This document shows, in pieces, positions 43,282 to 53,260 of a DNA stretch of 64,000 bases (its first letter is position 1; each line of letters starts with the position of its first letter). This stretch comes from Candidatus Eiseniibacteriota bacterium (GTDB lineage: Bacteria; Eisenbacteria; RBG-16-71-46; CAIMUX01), in assembly GCA_903844735.1 (NCBI GenBank), contig CAIMUX010000080.1, positions 18,820 to 82,819 of the forward strand. Direction: 5' to 3'. A program made the position numbers and the translations under genes. The notes beneath the pieces are model-generated. The model was not told the origin of the DNA and made no database searches. It saw only the letters and a program-made list of their open reading frames with translations.

Positions 43282-44146
43282 GAAGGTTTTGGGGAGAGGG
43301 TTGGACGTGCTGATCCCGAGGGCCACGTCGGGGGCGGAGCCGCGTCGAGGCGACGTCGTCCAAAGCGTGCCCACCGCGAAGGTTCGCCCGAACCCCCGAC
43401 AACCGCGCCGGCAATTTAATGACGAACGATTGGCCGAGCTGGCCCATTCGATCCGGGAGAAGGGGATTATCGAGCCGCTCATCGTCCGGCAAGCGGAGGG
43501 TGACGAGTTCGAGCTCATTGCCGGGGAGCGACGTCTGCGCGCGGCACAATTGGCCGGACTCGAAGAGGTTCCAGTGCTGCTTCGGAGGTCGGCAGATCGA
43601 GAGAGCCTGGAGATCGCCCTAATCGAGAACCTCCAACGCGAGGACCTCAATCCGGTCGATGAAGCGCGGGCCTATCTCCGCTTATCCGAGGAGTTCGGGC
43701 GGACCCATGCCGAGATTTCCCAGGAGGTTGGCAAGGACCGCACGACCGTCACGAATTTGCTACGGATACTGCGACTGCCCCAGGGCGTGCTGAGCGACGT
43801 TTCACGTGGAACGTTGTCTGTTGGGCACGCGCGGGTTCTTCTCGGTGTGGAAGATCCGGGGCGCCAGGCGGATCTGGCCCGGCGCATGGTTGCGGAGGGC
43901 TGGAATGTCCGCCAGGCCGAGCGTTTTGTTTCTCAGATCAACAGGCCTGCGAAAACCCGGGGCAGCAAGTCGGGCACCCCAAGCCGGGGCGGGGATGTGG
44001 TTCGGATTGAAAAGGCGCTTCGGTATGCATTGGGAGCGGAGGTCCACCTCGACCACGGGGTGAGCGGCGGACGGATCGAAATCCGTTACGAGAGCGACGA
44101 AGAGCTAGAGCGGATTCTGGAAGTGCTTGGGATACAGATTCACTGA
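43274..44146 (+). CDS. parB: chromosome partitioning protein ParB/Spo0J
   Basis: ParB box GERRLRAA and HTH region. Start MAKKVLGRGLDVLI overlaps the parA stop. Confidence 0.9.
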   Translation: MAKKVLGRGLDVLIPRATSGAEPRRGDVVQSVPTAKVRPNPRQPRRQFNDERLAELAHSIREKGIIEPLIVRQAEGDEFELIAGERRLRAAQLAGLEEVPVLLRRSADRESLEIALIENLQREDLNPVDEARAYLRLSEEFGRTHAEISQEVGKDRTTVTNLLRILRLPQGVLSDVSRGTLSVGHARVLLGVEDPGRQADLARRMVAEGWNVRQAERFVSQINRPAKTRGSKSGTPSRGGDVVRIEKALRYALGAEVHLDHGVSGGRIEIRYESDEELERILEVLGIQIH

Positions 44147-44172
44147 GCGATGACTGTGTTGGCACTAATCGA

Positions 44173-44721
44173 GTGGGCGGTTTTCCGGTCGCACCGGGGA
44201 GTCCGCAGCTAGTGTTCGGCTCCAAGTTGGGGCGAAAGGGACACGCAACGGCGCGGAATCACACGGTTTCCGTCCATGTTGCTTCATCCCGCAGCGGAAG
44301 AGCGTTCCAGTGGACGTTCTCCTGGTGGGCCGTTCGTGCCCTAATCGGAGCCGGGGGCGGGCTTGTTCTCGTGGTGGTGACAGGGATCTGTGGGCTCATT
44401 GGCTGGATCGACTCGACCGAACGGATGTGCCGCCTTCAGGCGGAAAATGACTCGTTGCGGGTTCAATTTCGCCGACTTGGGGAACTGGAGGCCAGTCTGG
44501 CCCGGATGTCGGAGTTGAATGAACAGATGCAGAAAATGTTTGGGGCGGGCTTACCCGCGGTTGAGACTAACGCGGATTCGTCGGCCGCGAACCACGGCGC
44601 GACCCATGGCGGGGACCGGAGAAGTCCGGGCGACAGCAGCGAACACCGAGCGGGAGGCAATGTGGCTCACCCTAGTCGTACCGGGAGTGGGCCACCCAGG
44701 TGGGAAACGGGATCTGACTAA
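44173..44721 (+). CDS. hypothetical membrane-anchored coiled-coil protein
   Basis: One TM (LIGAGGGLVLVVVTGICGLIGWI) followed by a coiled coil (RLQAENDSLRVQFRRLGELEASLARMSELNEQMQKMF). Start uncertain. Confidence 0.4.
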   Translation: MGGFPVAPGSPQLVFGSKLGRKGHATARNHTVSVHVASSRSGRAFQWTFSWWAVRALIGAGGGLVLVVVTGICGLIGWIDSTERMCRLQAENDSLRVQFRRLGELEASLARMSELNEQMQKMFGAGLPAVETNADSSAANHGATHGGDRRSPGDSSEHRAGGNVAHPSRTGSGPPRWETGSD

Positions 44722-44762
44722 GTCTCGGGCGGCCGGGCTTGCCGGTGCCGAAGGAGGGTTCG

Positions 44763-45212
44763 ATGTTCGGAAAGAGAGACGAAACAGCCAGCGGAGACCG
44801 GCATGCCCATTCGATCCTTCAGGATGGGATGGTCGTTCAGGGGGTCGTGGATGCCAAAGGAGATGTCCGGCTGGACGGACATCTGGAGGGTAAACTTCAT
44901 GTGTCGGAGAGACTTACGGTTGGAGCCTCCGGGGTGCTGAACGCGGGCGTCGAGGCGGGTGAGGTCATCGTCATGGGAGCCATCGAAGGGACGATCCGAG
45001 CTCGCCGCCGCATCGAGCTTCGCAAGGGGGCCCGGGTCGTGGGGGACATCTCGGCGCCAATCCTGGTGATCGAAGAAGGTGTACATTTCCACGGGAACTG
45101 CAACATGCAACCAGGCGAGGCCCCATCGGCGGAGCCGGACCTCAAGACTCAGGCCTTGACCGTCGGTGAGGATCCCTTCGAGAAGAACAGGTATGAAAAG
45201 ATCTACCAGTAG
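44763..45212 (+). CDS. bactofilin (CcmA/DUF583)
   Basis: Beta-helical bactofilin repeats (VVQGVVDAKGDVRLDGHLEGKLHV…VIVMGAIEGTIRARRRIEL…VVGDISAPILVIEEGVHFHG) with GGAGGG RBS. Confidence 0.85.
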   Translation: MFGKRDETASGDRHAHSILQDGMVVQGVVDAKGDVRLDGHLEGKLHVSERLTVGASGVLNAGVEAGEVIVMGAIEGTIRARRRIELRKGARVVGDISAPILVIEEGVHFHGNCNMQPGEAPSAEPDLKTQALTVGEDPFEKNRYEKIYQ

Positions 45213-45331
45213 CCATCCTGGGTTCGCGGTGCCCGGACCAACGTGCCCATCATGACCCGAAACGCCCACAGCGCCTGGAGTCATCCTTTGGGATTGCCCG
45301 GTGCGGCAGTGGGCGTGGCGTGGGTGGCGAG

Positions 45332-45354
45332 TTGTGGATCGCGATGTGGATAAC
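45332..45354. promoter_or_regulatory. isolated DnaA-box pair (TTGTGGATC … TGTGGATAA) downstream of the bactofilin gene
   Basis: TGTGGATAA is a perfect reverse complement of TTATCCACA. A second 7/9 box lies 14 nt upstream. Confidence 0.4.
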
Positions 45355-45624
45355 CCGCGGGCAGGAACACCGGAATCTGGGATGCCACGGGCATAACGCA
45401 GTAACCGACTGTGGGACAGGCGACTATAGTCATCTGCCATGTGGAGTTTCAGGCACATGCTATGTTGATAGTTCACAAGAGGCGCAACACGCCCGCGCGG
45501 GGCCGTGAGATCGGCTGTCTCCCTTGTGGGCTTTCTGTTTGACACGTATCTGGGGCTGCTCTAACTTCAATGCGGGCTCGGTGCTCGGGGGGTGTGGTTA
45601 GTTTCCAAGAGGGGGTCAGATCCG

Positions 45625-47448
45625 ATGCGGCGGCTGTTTTTCGTCCTATTTGTCCTAGCCTCTCCTCTCCTCTGGAGCTGCTCCGAGAACGATACGCCGG
45701 CGGTTGTGGACCAGAGCGAGCCCGAGGTTCGCATCTGCTACCCCTATGACTCGGAGCCGACGACCTTCGTCGTTAACGATTCGATCAATGTCTACTTTGC
45801 TGCCCATGATCTGGGCCCGAACGGCCGCCAGGCTGAGCCGGCGAAGGTTGAGCTCTGGTTCTCCCGTCCCGGTACTCTCTCCGATACCACCGACCGCGTG
45901 TTGATCGGGATAGCGGGTAGGCCCATTTCCATCGACCAGGTGCCGGAGATGGACTCCAACCGGGTGGACTCCGTCCGGGCGATTGTCGAGCGCTCCCTGC
46001 CCGCGGGGTGGAGCTTGTACACGCGACCGTGGTTTACTGGGCCGACGCCTCTACCACCGATCGGCACACCGATCAACACGGGCACAGATGTGCAACTCTT
46101 TGCTGTCGCGTACGACGCGGCTGAAAATGTCGGGCGGACACCCGGTGTCGTTCGGGTTCACGTGACCAATTTCGGGGACGACATTGGACCACCCACGCCA
46201 CGCTTCACAGTCAACCCGCAATCGGGATCGACCGCCACCACGTTCGTCTTTGACGCATCCACGTCTACGGACCGGATCGACCGCGAGACCCACAAGATCA
46301 GTGTGAGATGGGATTTCGATGGTAATCCTGCGAACGGCTGGGACATCCCCTGGACCGCGAATGCCCGCGCCGACGAGAAGCAGAGTTGGCAGTATGCGGT
46401 GCCACGCACCTACCGCGCGACCCTGCAGGCCCACAATTCGTACCTCCCTGGCTCGGACAGCACGGTGACCCGCGACATCCTCGTGACATCGCTCGGGGGC
46501 TCTCCGCGACCGCCGGAGGAGAGCAACTACTGTGACATCCCCGCCGGAACCTATGTGATTGGTGACTCGATCTACGTTTCGGACGGCCAGACGTATCAGA
46601 CCGATGCCGTCGAGCGGCCGGTCCACGAGGTCGCATTCACCTCGACCTATCGGATCGAGAAGACGGAAGTCACAAACCGGCTCTATCTGGACTATCTACG
46701 TGCGGAACTGTATCCCGATACGGCGTCGATTGAGTACCGTGAAGGCGAGCGCCTCGTCTACTCATGGGATCCCGCGCACCCCGATGCACCGCGCGTGGTT
46801 TATTTTGACCCCAGCCTCTCCGAAATTTACTACAGCCTGGACAGCCGGACCTTCGCCATCAGGCAGGGTTACGAGGATCATCCGGTCACCGGCGTGACTT
46901 GGTTTGGCGCCAGCGCCTACGCCTTGGCGTACGGGTTGCGTCTGCCTACCGAGGCGGAGTGGGAGGTCGCGGCGCGTGGCGCCAACGGGGCCTGGAGCTA
47001 TCCGTTTGTTGGCGGGACAGAGCTGACCCTGGCCGCGGGGCCATACCGGGTGAACTATTTCGGGAGTCGAAACGGGACCGATCCGTTCATCGGCGGCACG
47101 GGGCCCACGACGCCGCGGGGTTTCTACAACGGACAGGTCTACGAAGGTTTCCAGACCCTGGACACGCCGAGCGCATTCGGGACATACGACATGGCCGGCA
47201 ATGTCGCTGAATGGGTGGGCGATTGGCTCCCAGCCTCGCCTCCTTTCTATCCCGAGTATCTTGACTCCGATCCGCAGGGGGCGTCGTCGGGGACGCATCG
47301 AGTGGTTCGGGGAGGCAGCTACCTGTCCAGCCGCGCCGGAGTGCGTTGCACGGCCCGCAAGGGTTCGCTGCCCACGGAGTGCTTTGCATCTGTCGGGTTT
47401 CGGACTGCGTACATCCGCCCCGTGGCCGCGCCTCCGCTCGGGCGGTAG
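45625..47448 (+). CDS. lipoprotein with PKD-like Ig domain(s) and C-terminal FGE-sulfatase (SUMF1) domain; GldJ/GldK/PorK-like
   Basis: Lipobox LLWS-C. PKD-like FDASTSTDRIDRETHKISVRWDFDGN. FGE-sulfatase motifs (HPVTGVTWFGASAYA…RLPTEAEWE…RVVRGGSYLS). Promoter-like TTGACA-N17-TAACTT at 45539–45567. Confidence 0.8.
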   Translation: MRRLFFVLFVLASPLLWSCSENDTPAVVDQSEPEVRICYPYDSEPTTFVVNDSINVYFAAHDLGPNGRQAEPAKVELWFSRPGTLSDTTDRVLIGIAGRPISIDQVPEMDSNRVDSVRAIVERSLPAGWSLYTRPWFTGPTPLPPIGTPINTGTDVQLFAVAYDAAENVGRTPGVVRVHVTNFGDDIGPPTPRFTVNPQSGSTATTFVFDASTSTDRIDRETHKISVRWDFDGNPANGWDIPWTANARADEKQSWQYAVPRTYRATLQAHNSYLPGSDSTVTRDILVTSLGGSPRPPEESNYCDIPAGTYVIGDSIYVSDGQTYQTDAVERPVHEVAFTSTYRIEKTEVTNRLYLDYLRAELYPDTASIEYREGERLVYSWDPAHPDAPRVVYFDPSLSEIYYSLDSRTFAIRQGYEDHPVTGVTWFGASAYALAYGLRLPTEAEWEVAARGANGAWSYPFVGGTELTLAAGPYRVNYFGSRNGTDPFIGGTGPTTPRGFYNGQVYEGFQTLDTPSAFGTYDMAGNVAEWVGDWLPASPPFYPEYLDSDPQGASSGTHRVVRGGSYLSSRAGVRCTARKGSLPTECFASVGFRTAYIRPVAAPPLGR

Positions 47449-47662
47449 GTCGCGCGGCCCATGTCTGGCGGGAGGCCGCCTCGATATCAAGGGATCGAGC
47501 GCCCCGGAACCGGTTGGCCGAAGACTGCCCCGAGGCTCGGACCGTTGTTGGGCGCAGCTCTTGTCTTCCTCTCCGGTTGCTTGAAGAAATCAGCAAGCTG
47601 TTGGACTCCTGGACGGCTCAAACCGCCGACACCGCTCACGCCACTTATACAGCCCGCACCGC

Positions 47663-50296
47663 TCACGCCGCTCGGAACCGCCCGGACTCGCCCTCCCAGG
47701 TCGTCAGTAGTTCTTCCAGCATGGGGGCGGGGACTGGTCGGCTGAAGTAGAATCCCTGGATCGCATCGCACTCCTCGTCGCGCAGGAAACTCAACAGCGG
47801 CAGGTTGTCGACCCCCTCGGCCACCACGCGCATTCGCAGTGTGTGCGCCATGGAGATGAGAGCGCGGGCGATGGCAGCGTCGCGCGGATCGCGGGTCGTC
47901 TTGCGGACGAAGGATCGGTCGATCTTGACCGTCTCGATGGGCAGTTCCCGCAAATGGTTGAGCGACGAATGGCCATGCCCGAAGTCATCGAGCGAGAGGC
48001 AGAGTCCCATCTCCTTGACCTCGATGATGGTGCTCCGGTGGTTGCGAATGGAACGGATCGCGACCTTTTCGTTGATCTCCAGGTCGAGCAGGCGGGGGTC
48101 GGCCCCGGTTTCCTCGAGAATTTCGCGAATCCTGGACGCCAGATCGGACTGTTGGAACTGGCGCAGGGAAACGTTCACCGCGATTTTCACCGGGGGTAGG
48201 CCCGCGCGTTTCCAGGCCACGAGGTCGAGGCAGGCCTGTCGAAACACGAACAGGTCGATCGGGACAATGAGACCGGTCTGCTCGGCGATGCGCAAGAACG
48301 ATAGCGGGAGCAGCAGTCCTCGCGTCGGGTGGCGCCAGCGGATGAGAGCCTCCACGCACTCGATGCGGTTGGAGGCAAGCGTGAGCTGTGGTTGGTAGTA
48401 GACGACGAACTCGCCGCTGCGGAGGGCGCGGTGCAACTCTCCCTCGATCCCCAGTCGTTCGGTGGCGCGGCGCGTCATGGCCGGCGTGAAGATCCGGAAA
48501 ACATCGCCGCCCAAGCTCTTGGCGCGGGACAGGGCGGTATCGGCGTGGTGAAGCAGGGCTTCCCCGTCGGTGCCGTCGACGGGATAGACGCTGGCGCCGA
48601 TGCTGGCGGTAGTGAAGATCTCACGTTGGTCCAGTTCATACGGGCGGGCGAGGTTGTCCAGGATCTTGCGCGCCACGCGGCCGACGTCCTCCACCAGGCG
48701 GATCTCGCCCAAGAGTATGACGAACTCATCGCCGCCGAGACGAACCACTGTGTCGCAGGCGCGCACAGAACGGACCAGCCGCTCGGCCACGCGGCGGAGA
48801 AAGCGGTCGCCAACTGCATGCCCCAGACTGTCGTTCACCACCCTGAAGCGGTCGATGTCCAGGAACAGGATCCCCAGCATGTGCCCCTGCCGACGCGAGC
48901 GCAGGATGGCCAGGTCGAACCGGTCTTGAAAGAGCAGTCGGTTGGGCAGGCCGGTCAGCGAGTCGTGGTACGCGAGGTGTGTGATCAGCTTTTCTGCCCG
49001 GCGGGTCTCCGTGACGTCACGCAGACTGGAGAGGAACCGCCGAACACCGCCGATCTCGATGATCTCGGCGCTGAATCGGCAGTCGCGTTCCTCGCCGGAC
49101 TTGGTCCGCACGACGAGCTCGACCTCCGAGAAGCTACCGTTCTGGAGGAGGGTGTCCCTCATCCGTTCACGCTCCTGGAGGCTTGGGAAGATCCCCAATT
49201 CCCAGGATGCCCGGCCGATCACCTCGTCGCGGGTGAAGCCGAGCTGGCGAGGGAAGGCGTCGTTGACCACAAGGTAACGGCCCTCCTCTACGGTGCTGAT
49301 CGCCAGGCAGAGGGAACTCGAGTTGAACGCCTTGGCGAAGGTCTCCTCGCTCTCTCGGAGAGCGGCAGTGCGTTGATCCACGCGCAACTCCAGTTCGTTG
49401 CGGGAGAGTCGCAGATCGGCTTCGGCCCGGTGGCGCTCCGCCACGAGGGAGGAGACCGCGAGGCCAGTGAAGGAGAGGACGGCGACAAACGCCTGTAGCT
49501 CGATGAGCGATCGGCTCTGGTCTGGCCCGCGAAACGGCCCGAGCCCGTGCAGGGTGCCGGTGATGGCGGCGGCTGAGAGAATGGCCAAAGGAGTCAAGAC
49601 CTTGCGGCGGTCAAGGTAGAAGGCGGCCCATACAACCAGCGCCAATAGAACGTGAGGAGCGATCTTGTGGGCGGGGGCCGACTCGCGGCTGAAGAACAGC
49701 AGCAGACCGAGGGGGATGGTGGCGACGAGCAGAAGGATGTCGCCGCGAAGGGACAGCCCTGACGGCCCACCCCGGAGCACCGCCTGCCAGGTCAGGACGA
49801 GTGGGGTCAGGATGAGAATGCTGGTCCAGTCGCCGAGCCACCAGCTGCACCAATTCTGTGCCGCCATGCCCGCCGGGACAAGGTGAACCAGTCCAAGGGC
49901 GGAGACTTCAACCGAGGCGGCGATCGCGCTTCCCAACGAGGAGACGGCACCGAACACGAAGACACTCTTCGCGGTGTGGAGCGGCTCGACCGGATCGCAG
50001 ATGCGGCGGAGAAGAGATTCCGCGATGACCACCTCGAGGGTGGAGCCGATTCCAATGGCGGCCGCGGCGTAGAGCGGGACCCCGGTGCTGAGGGCGACGA
50101 GCGACGCGCCCAGCCAGACCCCGGGCCAGACCGCGGGCCCGAGCATAAGGAGAACAGCCAAACTCAGCCCCGGCGGTGGCCAGAGTGGGGTCGTGTGGCC
50201 GCCGGTCGTCGCGAGGAGGAGACCGAGCTTCGCAGCAACGAAATAAGCCATTGCAAGCAGGCCGATTCTGGCCAGACGGATCTCGGCACCCCTCAT
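47663..50296 (-). CDS. membrane sensor diguanylate cyclase/phosphodiesterase (multi-TM MASE-like N-domain – PAS – GGDEF – EAL)
   Basis: About 9 N-terminal TMs. PAS segment. GGDEF (RLGGDEFVILL). EAL domain with ECVEALIRW…, DDFGHGHSSL, KIDRSFV. Confidence 0.9.
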   Translation of the reverse strand: MRGAEIRLARIGLLAMAYFVAAKLGLLLATTGGHTTPLWPPPGLSLAVLLMLGPAVWPGVWLGASLVALSTGVPLYAAAAIGIGSTLEVVIAESLLRRICDPVEPLHTAKSVFVFGAVSSLGSAIAASVEVSALGLVHLVPAGMAAQNWCSWWLGDWTSILILTPLVLTWQAVLRGGPSGLSLRGDILLLVATIPLGLLLFFSRESAPAHKIAPHVLLALVVWAAFYLDRRKVLTPLAILSAAAITGTLHGLGPFRGPDQSRSLIELQAFVAVLSFTGLAVSSLVAERHRAEADLRLSRNELELRVDQRTAALRESEETFAKAFNSSSLCLAISTVEEGRYLVVNDAFPRQLGFTRDEVIGRASWELGIFPSLQERERMRDTLLQNGSFSEVELVVRTKSGEERDCRFSAEIIEIGGVRRFLSSLRDVTETRRAEKLITHLAYHDSLTGLPNRLLFQDRFDLAILRSRRQGHMLGILFLDIDRFRVVNDSLGHAVGDRFLRRVAERLVRSVRACDTVVRLGGDEFVILLGEIRLVEDVGRVARKILDNLARPYELDQREIFTTASIGASVYPVDGTDGEALLHHADTALSRAKSLGGDVFRIFTPAMTRRATERLGIEGELHRALRSGEFVVYYQPQLTLASNRIECVEALIRWRHPTRGLLLPLSFLRIAEQTGLIVPIDLFVFRQACLDLVAWKRAGLPPVKIAVNVSLRQFQQSDLASRIREILEETGADPRLLDLEINEKVAIRSIRNHRSTIIEVKEMGLCLSLDDFGHGHSSLNHLRELPIETVKIDRSFVRKTTRDPRDAAIARALISMAHTLRMRVVAEGVDNLPLLSFLRDEECDAIQGFYFSRPVPAPMLEELLTTWEGESGRFRAA

Positions 50297-50518
50297 GCGG
50301 CGACTCCCCCCCGTCTCTGGTGCTCGGAGCGTGATCAACCTACATTGCTCTCACTAGGCTTTCGGCCACCCGGAGTGCGAGGTGAAGAAATCTTGGAATT
50401 GTGACCGGTCCACGCCTCCGCCTATGATGAAGAAAGTGGCCTCAGATGTGGTTTCCGTGCGCCGAGAGACGCGGACGACCAAGGATAGACGATGCTGCCG
50501 GCTCGCCACGGAGCCAGC

Positions 50519-50527
50519 GGGGGGGGG
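50519..50527. repeat. G9 homopolymeric tract in the 5' leader of cassette copy 1
   Basis: gcGGGGGGGGGcacgggaaggagatgcctGGTG; about 20 nt upstream of the GTG start. Confidence 0.6.
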
Positions 50528-50546
50528 CACGGGAAGGAGATGCCTG

Positions 50547-51797
50547 GTGACAGACCGATCGAATTTCCGCCGACAGGCGCCCGTCCGAGCGGTAGATCCT
50601 CCCCGCCTGTTCCTGCTCTTCGCCGTCCATCTCGTCTTGGCCGCGGTCGCGGTGTCGGCCAGACCTGCAAGCGCGCAGGGCTCCGCCCTGGTCGGAATCC
50701 CGGACTCGTCCGCGGTCGAGGCTCAGAACCTCCGGGCGATTGACACCCCGAACGATCGCGGCGAGAGCGTGAACCTCTCGTGGGAGCCGGCCGCGATAGA
50801 AGCGAAGGATCCCGCGGCGGTCTTTGGCTACGTCATCGAGCGTGCTGAGTCCACGGACGGGCCGTTCCGTGAAGTGGGGCGCGTTGTCGCCGGGACCCGG
50901 GAATTCGTCGAAGCCGACAGCCTCCGGGACGGGGTTGCCTACTTCTACCGGGTGCGCACCGAGCGGCCCGGCGGGGTCCTGAGCGGCGTGGCTGCGATCG
51001 CCGGGCCGGTGATCTCGAAGGGACAGCTCTTCGACAAGCGCAAGACGGTCACCTGCATCGCCACCGTCCTGTTCTGCCTCACTGTCGTCTGGCTGATCCA
51101 GCACGCGCGTCGGGGCAAGGCGATGTATATCCGACCGATCCCCGGGCTCTCGGCCGTGGACGAGGCGATAGGGCGCGCTACCGAGATGGGGCGGCCCATA
51201 CTCTTCGTCCCCGGGCTCGGGGGCTCCAGTGACGTCGCCACGCTGGCAGCCTTCACGCTTCTGGGGCGGGTCGGGCTCAAGACCGCCGAGTACCAGTCGT
51301 CGCTCATTGTTCCCTGCTACGACCCGATCGTCATGACCATCGCCCAGGAAATCGTGAAGTCGTCCTACCTGGGTGCGGGACGTCCGGAGATGTACCGGCA
51401 GGACGACGTCTTCTTTGTTACCCAGGACCAGTTCAGTTACACCGCGGCGGTCAACGGCATCATGTTGCGCGAGCGTCCGGCCACGAACTTCTACATCGGA
51501 AAGTTCTATGCCGAGAGCCTGGTGCTGGCCGAGACAGGCAACCTCGCCGGGTCGATCCAGATTGCGGGGACCGACGAGATCACCCAGATCCCTTTCTTCG
51601 TGGCAGCGTGCGACTACACCCTCATCGGCGAGGAGCTGTATGCGTCGAGCGCCTATCTTTCGCAGGAGCCACCGCTGCTCGGGACCCTCAAGGCCCAAGA
51701 CTACGCCAAAGCTGTGACGGTACTCGTGTTGATCCTCGGGGTCATTGCGGCACTTCTACACCATGACTGGTTCGTCAAACTGTTCCTCGTCGAGTAG
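50547..51797 (+). CDS. cassette protein A, copy 1: signal peptide – FN3-like domain – TM – conserved ~250-aa domain of unknown function – TM
   Basis: GTG start 6 nt after GGAAGGAGA. Signal RLFLLFAVHLVLAAVAVSA. FN3-like (NLSWEPA…GYVIERAESTDGPFREV…YFYRVRTE). Conserved core (IRPIPGLSAVDEAIGR.TEMG.P.L.VPG… AGTDEITQIPFFVAACDYTLIGEELYA) shared with 61465–62691. Confidence 0.6.
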   Translation: MTDRSNFRRQAPVRAVDPPRLFLLFAVHLVLAAVAVSARPASAQGSALVGIPDSSAVEAQNLRAIDTPNDRGESVNLSWEPAAIEAKDPAAVFGYVIERAESTDGPFREVGRVVAGTREFVEADSLRDGVAYFYRVRTERPGGVLSGVAAIAGPVISKGQLFDKRKTVTCIATVLFCLTVVWLIQHARRGKAMYIRPIPGLSAVDEAIGRATEMGRPILFVPGLGGSSDVATLAAFTLLGRVGLKTAEYQSSLIVPCYDPIVMTIAQEIVKSSYLGAGRPEMYRQDDVFFVTQDQFSYTAAVNGIMLRERPATNFYIGKFYAESLVLAETGNLAGSIQIAGTDEITQIPFFVAACDYTLIGEELYASSAYLSQEPPLLGTLKAQDYAKAVTVLVLILGVIAALLHHDWFVKLFLVE

Positions 51798-51806
51798 GGA
51801 GAAAGC

Positions 51807-52421
51807 ATGCAGCGATTGCTGCCCCGCATCATCACCTTCGTCTGTGGGATGTTCCTGGCCATCCAGTACTTCATTCCGCACAAGAGCTCTGAGAAGGTCT
51901 ACGAGACATCCATCGACTGGTTGATCATCGTGGGCGTCTTCGCCATCGTGCTTGGGATCCTCAGCCTGGTGACCGTCAACCTGGAGAAGATCCGGCGAAA
52001 GAGCGCGGGGTATCGGCACGCCTGGGTTCTCCTGGCCGGCCTGGTCTTTATGGTCGTGGCCGGGATCGTGACCGGGACGGGGCAGGACGGCCTCTTCCTG
52101 CGACTGGGGTATAACGCGATCCTAAACCCGATCACCGCGACGATGTTCGCGTTGCTGGCGTTCTACATCGCCTCGGCGGCGTACCGGGCTTTCCGCGCCC
52201 GCTCCGTCCTGGCCACCATTCTGCTGCTCTCGGCGATCATCGTGATGCTCGGGCGGGTGCCCGCGGGCGAGGTGATCCCGGGAATCCCGTGGCTGACCGA
52301 CTGGTTGATCAACGTTCCGAACATGGCAGCCAAGCGGGCGATCACCATCGGCCTCGGCCTGGGCGGGAGCGCGACGGCGCTCAAGATCGTGCTGGGCATC
52401 GAAGCCCCGCACCTTCGCTAG
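51807..52421 (+). CDS. cassette protein B, copy 1: ~205-aa polytopic (5–6 TM) membrane protein, unknown family
   Basis: GGGAGA RBS. Paralogous to 62729–63355 (shared STMFALLAFY.ASAA.RAFR.RSV… PNMAAKRAI.IGLGLG.SATALK.VLG.E). Confidence 0.6.
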   Translation: MQRLLPRIITFVCGMFLAIQYFIPHKSSEKVYETSIDWLIIVGVFAIVLGILSLVTVNLEKIRRKSAGYRHAWVLLAGLVFMVVAGIVTGTGQDGLFLRLGYNAILNPITATMFALLAFYIASAAYRAFRARSVLATILLLSAIIVMLGRVPAGEVIPGIPWLTDWLINVPNMAAKRAITIGLGLGGSATALKIVLGIEAPHLR

Positions 52422-52430
52422 GAGGATGCC

Positions 52431-53258
52431 GTGGCCCGCTTCAATATTCTCGAGCTCGACCGGCGCTTCATCTTCCTGATGATCTTTCTGTCGGTTCTGA
52501 CGCCGCTCTTCTTGCCGGCACCGAAGACTGTCAAGGTCTCTCCCGAGGTCAAGAAGGTCTACGACCGGATCGAGGCGCTCCCGGCCGGGTGCATCGTCAT
52601 GCTCGCCTGCGAGTACGACCCGTCGATGAGTGCGGAGATGTCGCCAGTGAACATGGTGGTGCTCCGGCAGTGCTTTCGCAAAAACCTCAGGGTGCTCACC
52701 ACCTGTCTGATGTCCAACGGGGTCTCCCTGGTGGAGAGCGAGATCAACCTTGTGGCTGCTGAGTACGACAAGAAGAACGGGGTCGACTATGTCTACCTCG
52801 GCTACAAGCCCTATCCAGCCGCGATCATCCTCGCCATGGGAGAGGATTTCCGGCTGGCCTTCCCCAGCGATTTCTACAACACTCGCCTCGACGACATCCC
52901 CATGATGAAGGGCGTGAAGAACTACCAGGACGTCTCGTTGGTCCTCGCCATCACCTCCACCAGCGGCATCGACTATTGGATCACTTACGGACAGGGTAGG
53001 TATCGCTTCCCTCTGGCGGCCGCCGCGAGCGCGGTGATGGCGCCCAATTACTACAACTACCTTGACTCGGGACAGCTCTTCGGACTCATCGGAGGCCTGC
53101 GCGGGGCGGCCGAGTATGAGCAACTGGCAAAGAAACCGGCCGCGGCCACCAAAGGCATGTTGGTGCAGTCGGTATCCCACTTGTTGATCGTCGGATTGAT
53201 CGTTCTCGGCAACGTCTCGTTCTTCGTCGCTCGCCGCCGCCGCCGCGGCCAGGAGTAG
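52431..53258 (+). CDS. cassette protein C, copy 1: bitopic protein (N- and C-terminal TM flanking a ~190-aa soluble domain), unknown family
   Basis: GTG start after AGGAGGA. Paralogous to the truncated ORF beginning at 63359 (shared …CEYDPS.SAE..P….VLR.CF.K..RVL…GEDF…FP.D.Y). Confidence 0.6.
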   Translation: MARFNILELDRRFIFLMIFLSVLTPLFLPAPKTVKVSPEVKKVYDRIEALPAGCIVMLACEYDPSMSAEMSPVNMVVLRQCFRKNLRVLTTCLMSNGVSLVESEINLVAAEYDKKNGVDYVYLGYKPYPAAIILAMGEDFRLAFPSDFYNTRLDDIPMMKGVKNYQDVSLVLAITSTSGIDYWITYGQGRYRFPLAAAASAVMAPNYYNYLDSGQLFGLIGGLRGAAEYEQLAKKPAAATKGMLVQSVSHLLIVGLIVLGNVSFFVARRRRRGQE

Positions 53259-53260
53259 TC

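Noticed and set aside
44718-45545. 275-aa minus-strand ORF overlapping the bactofilin gene
   Set aside because: Antisense to a clearly recognisable bactofilin. No family resemblance. Extends through the DnaA-box spacer.
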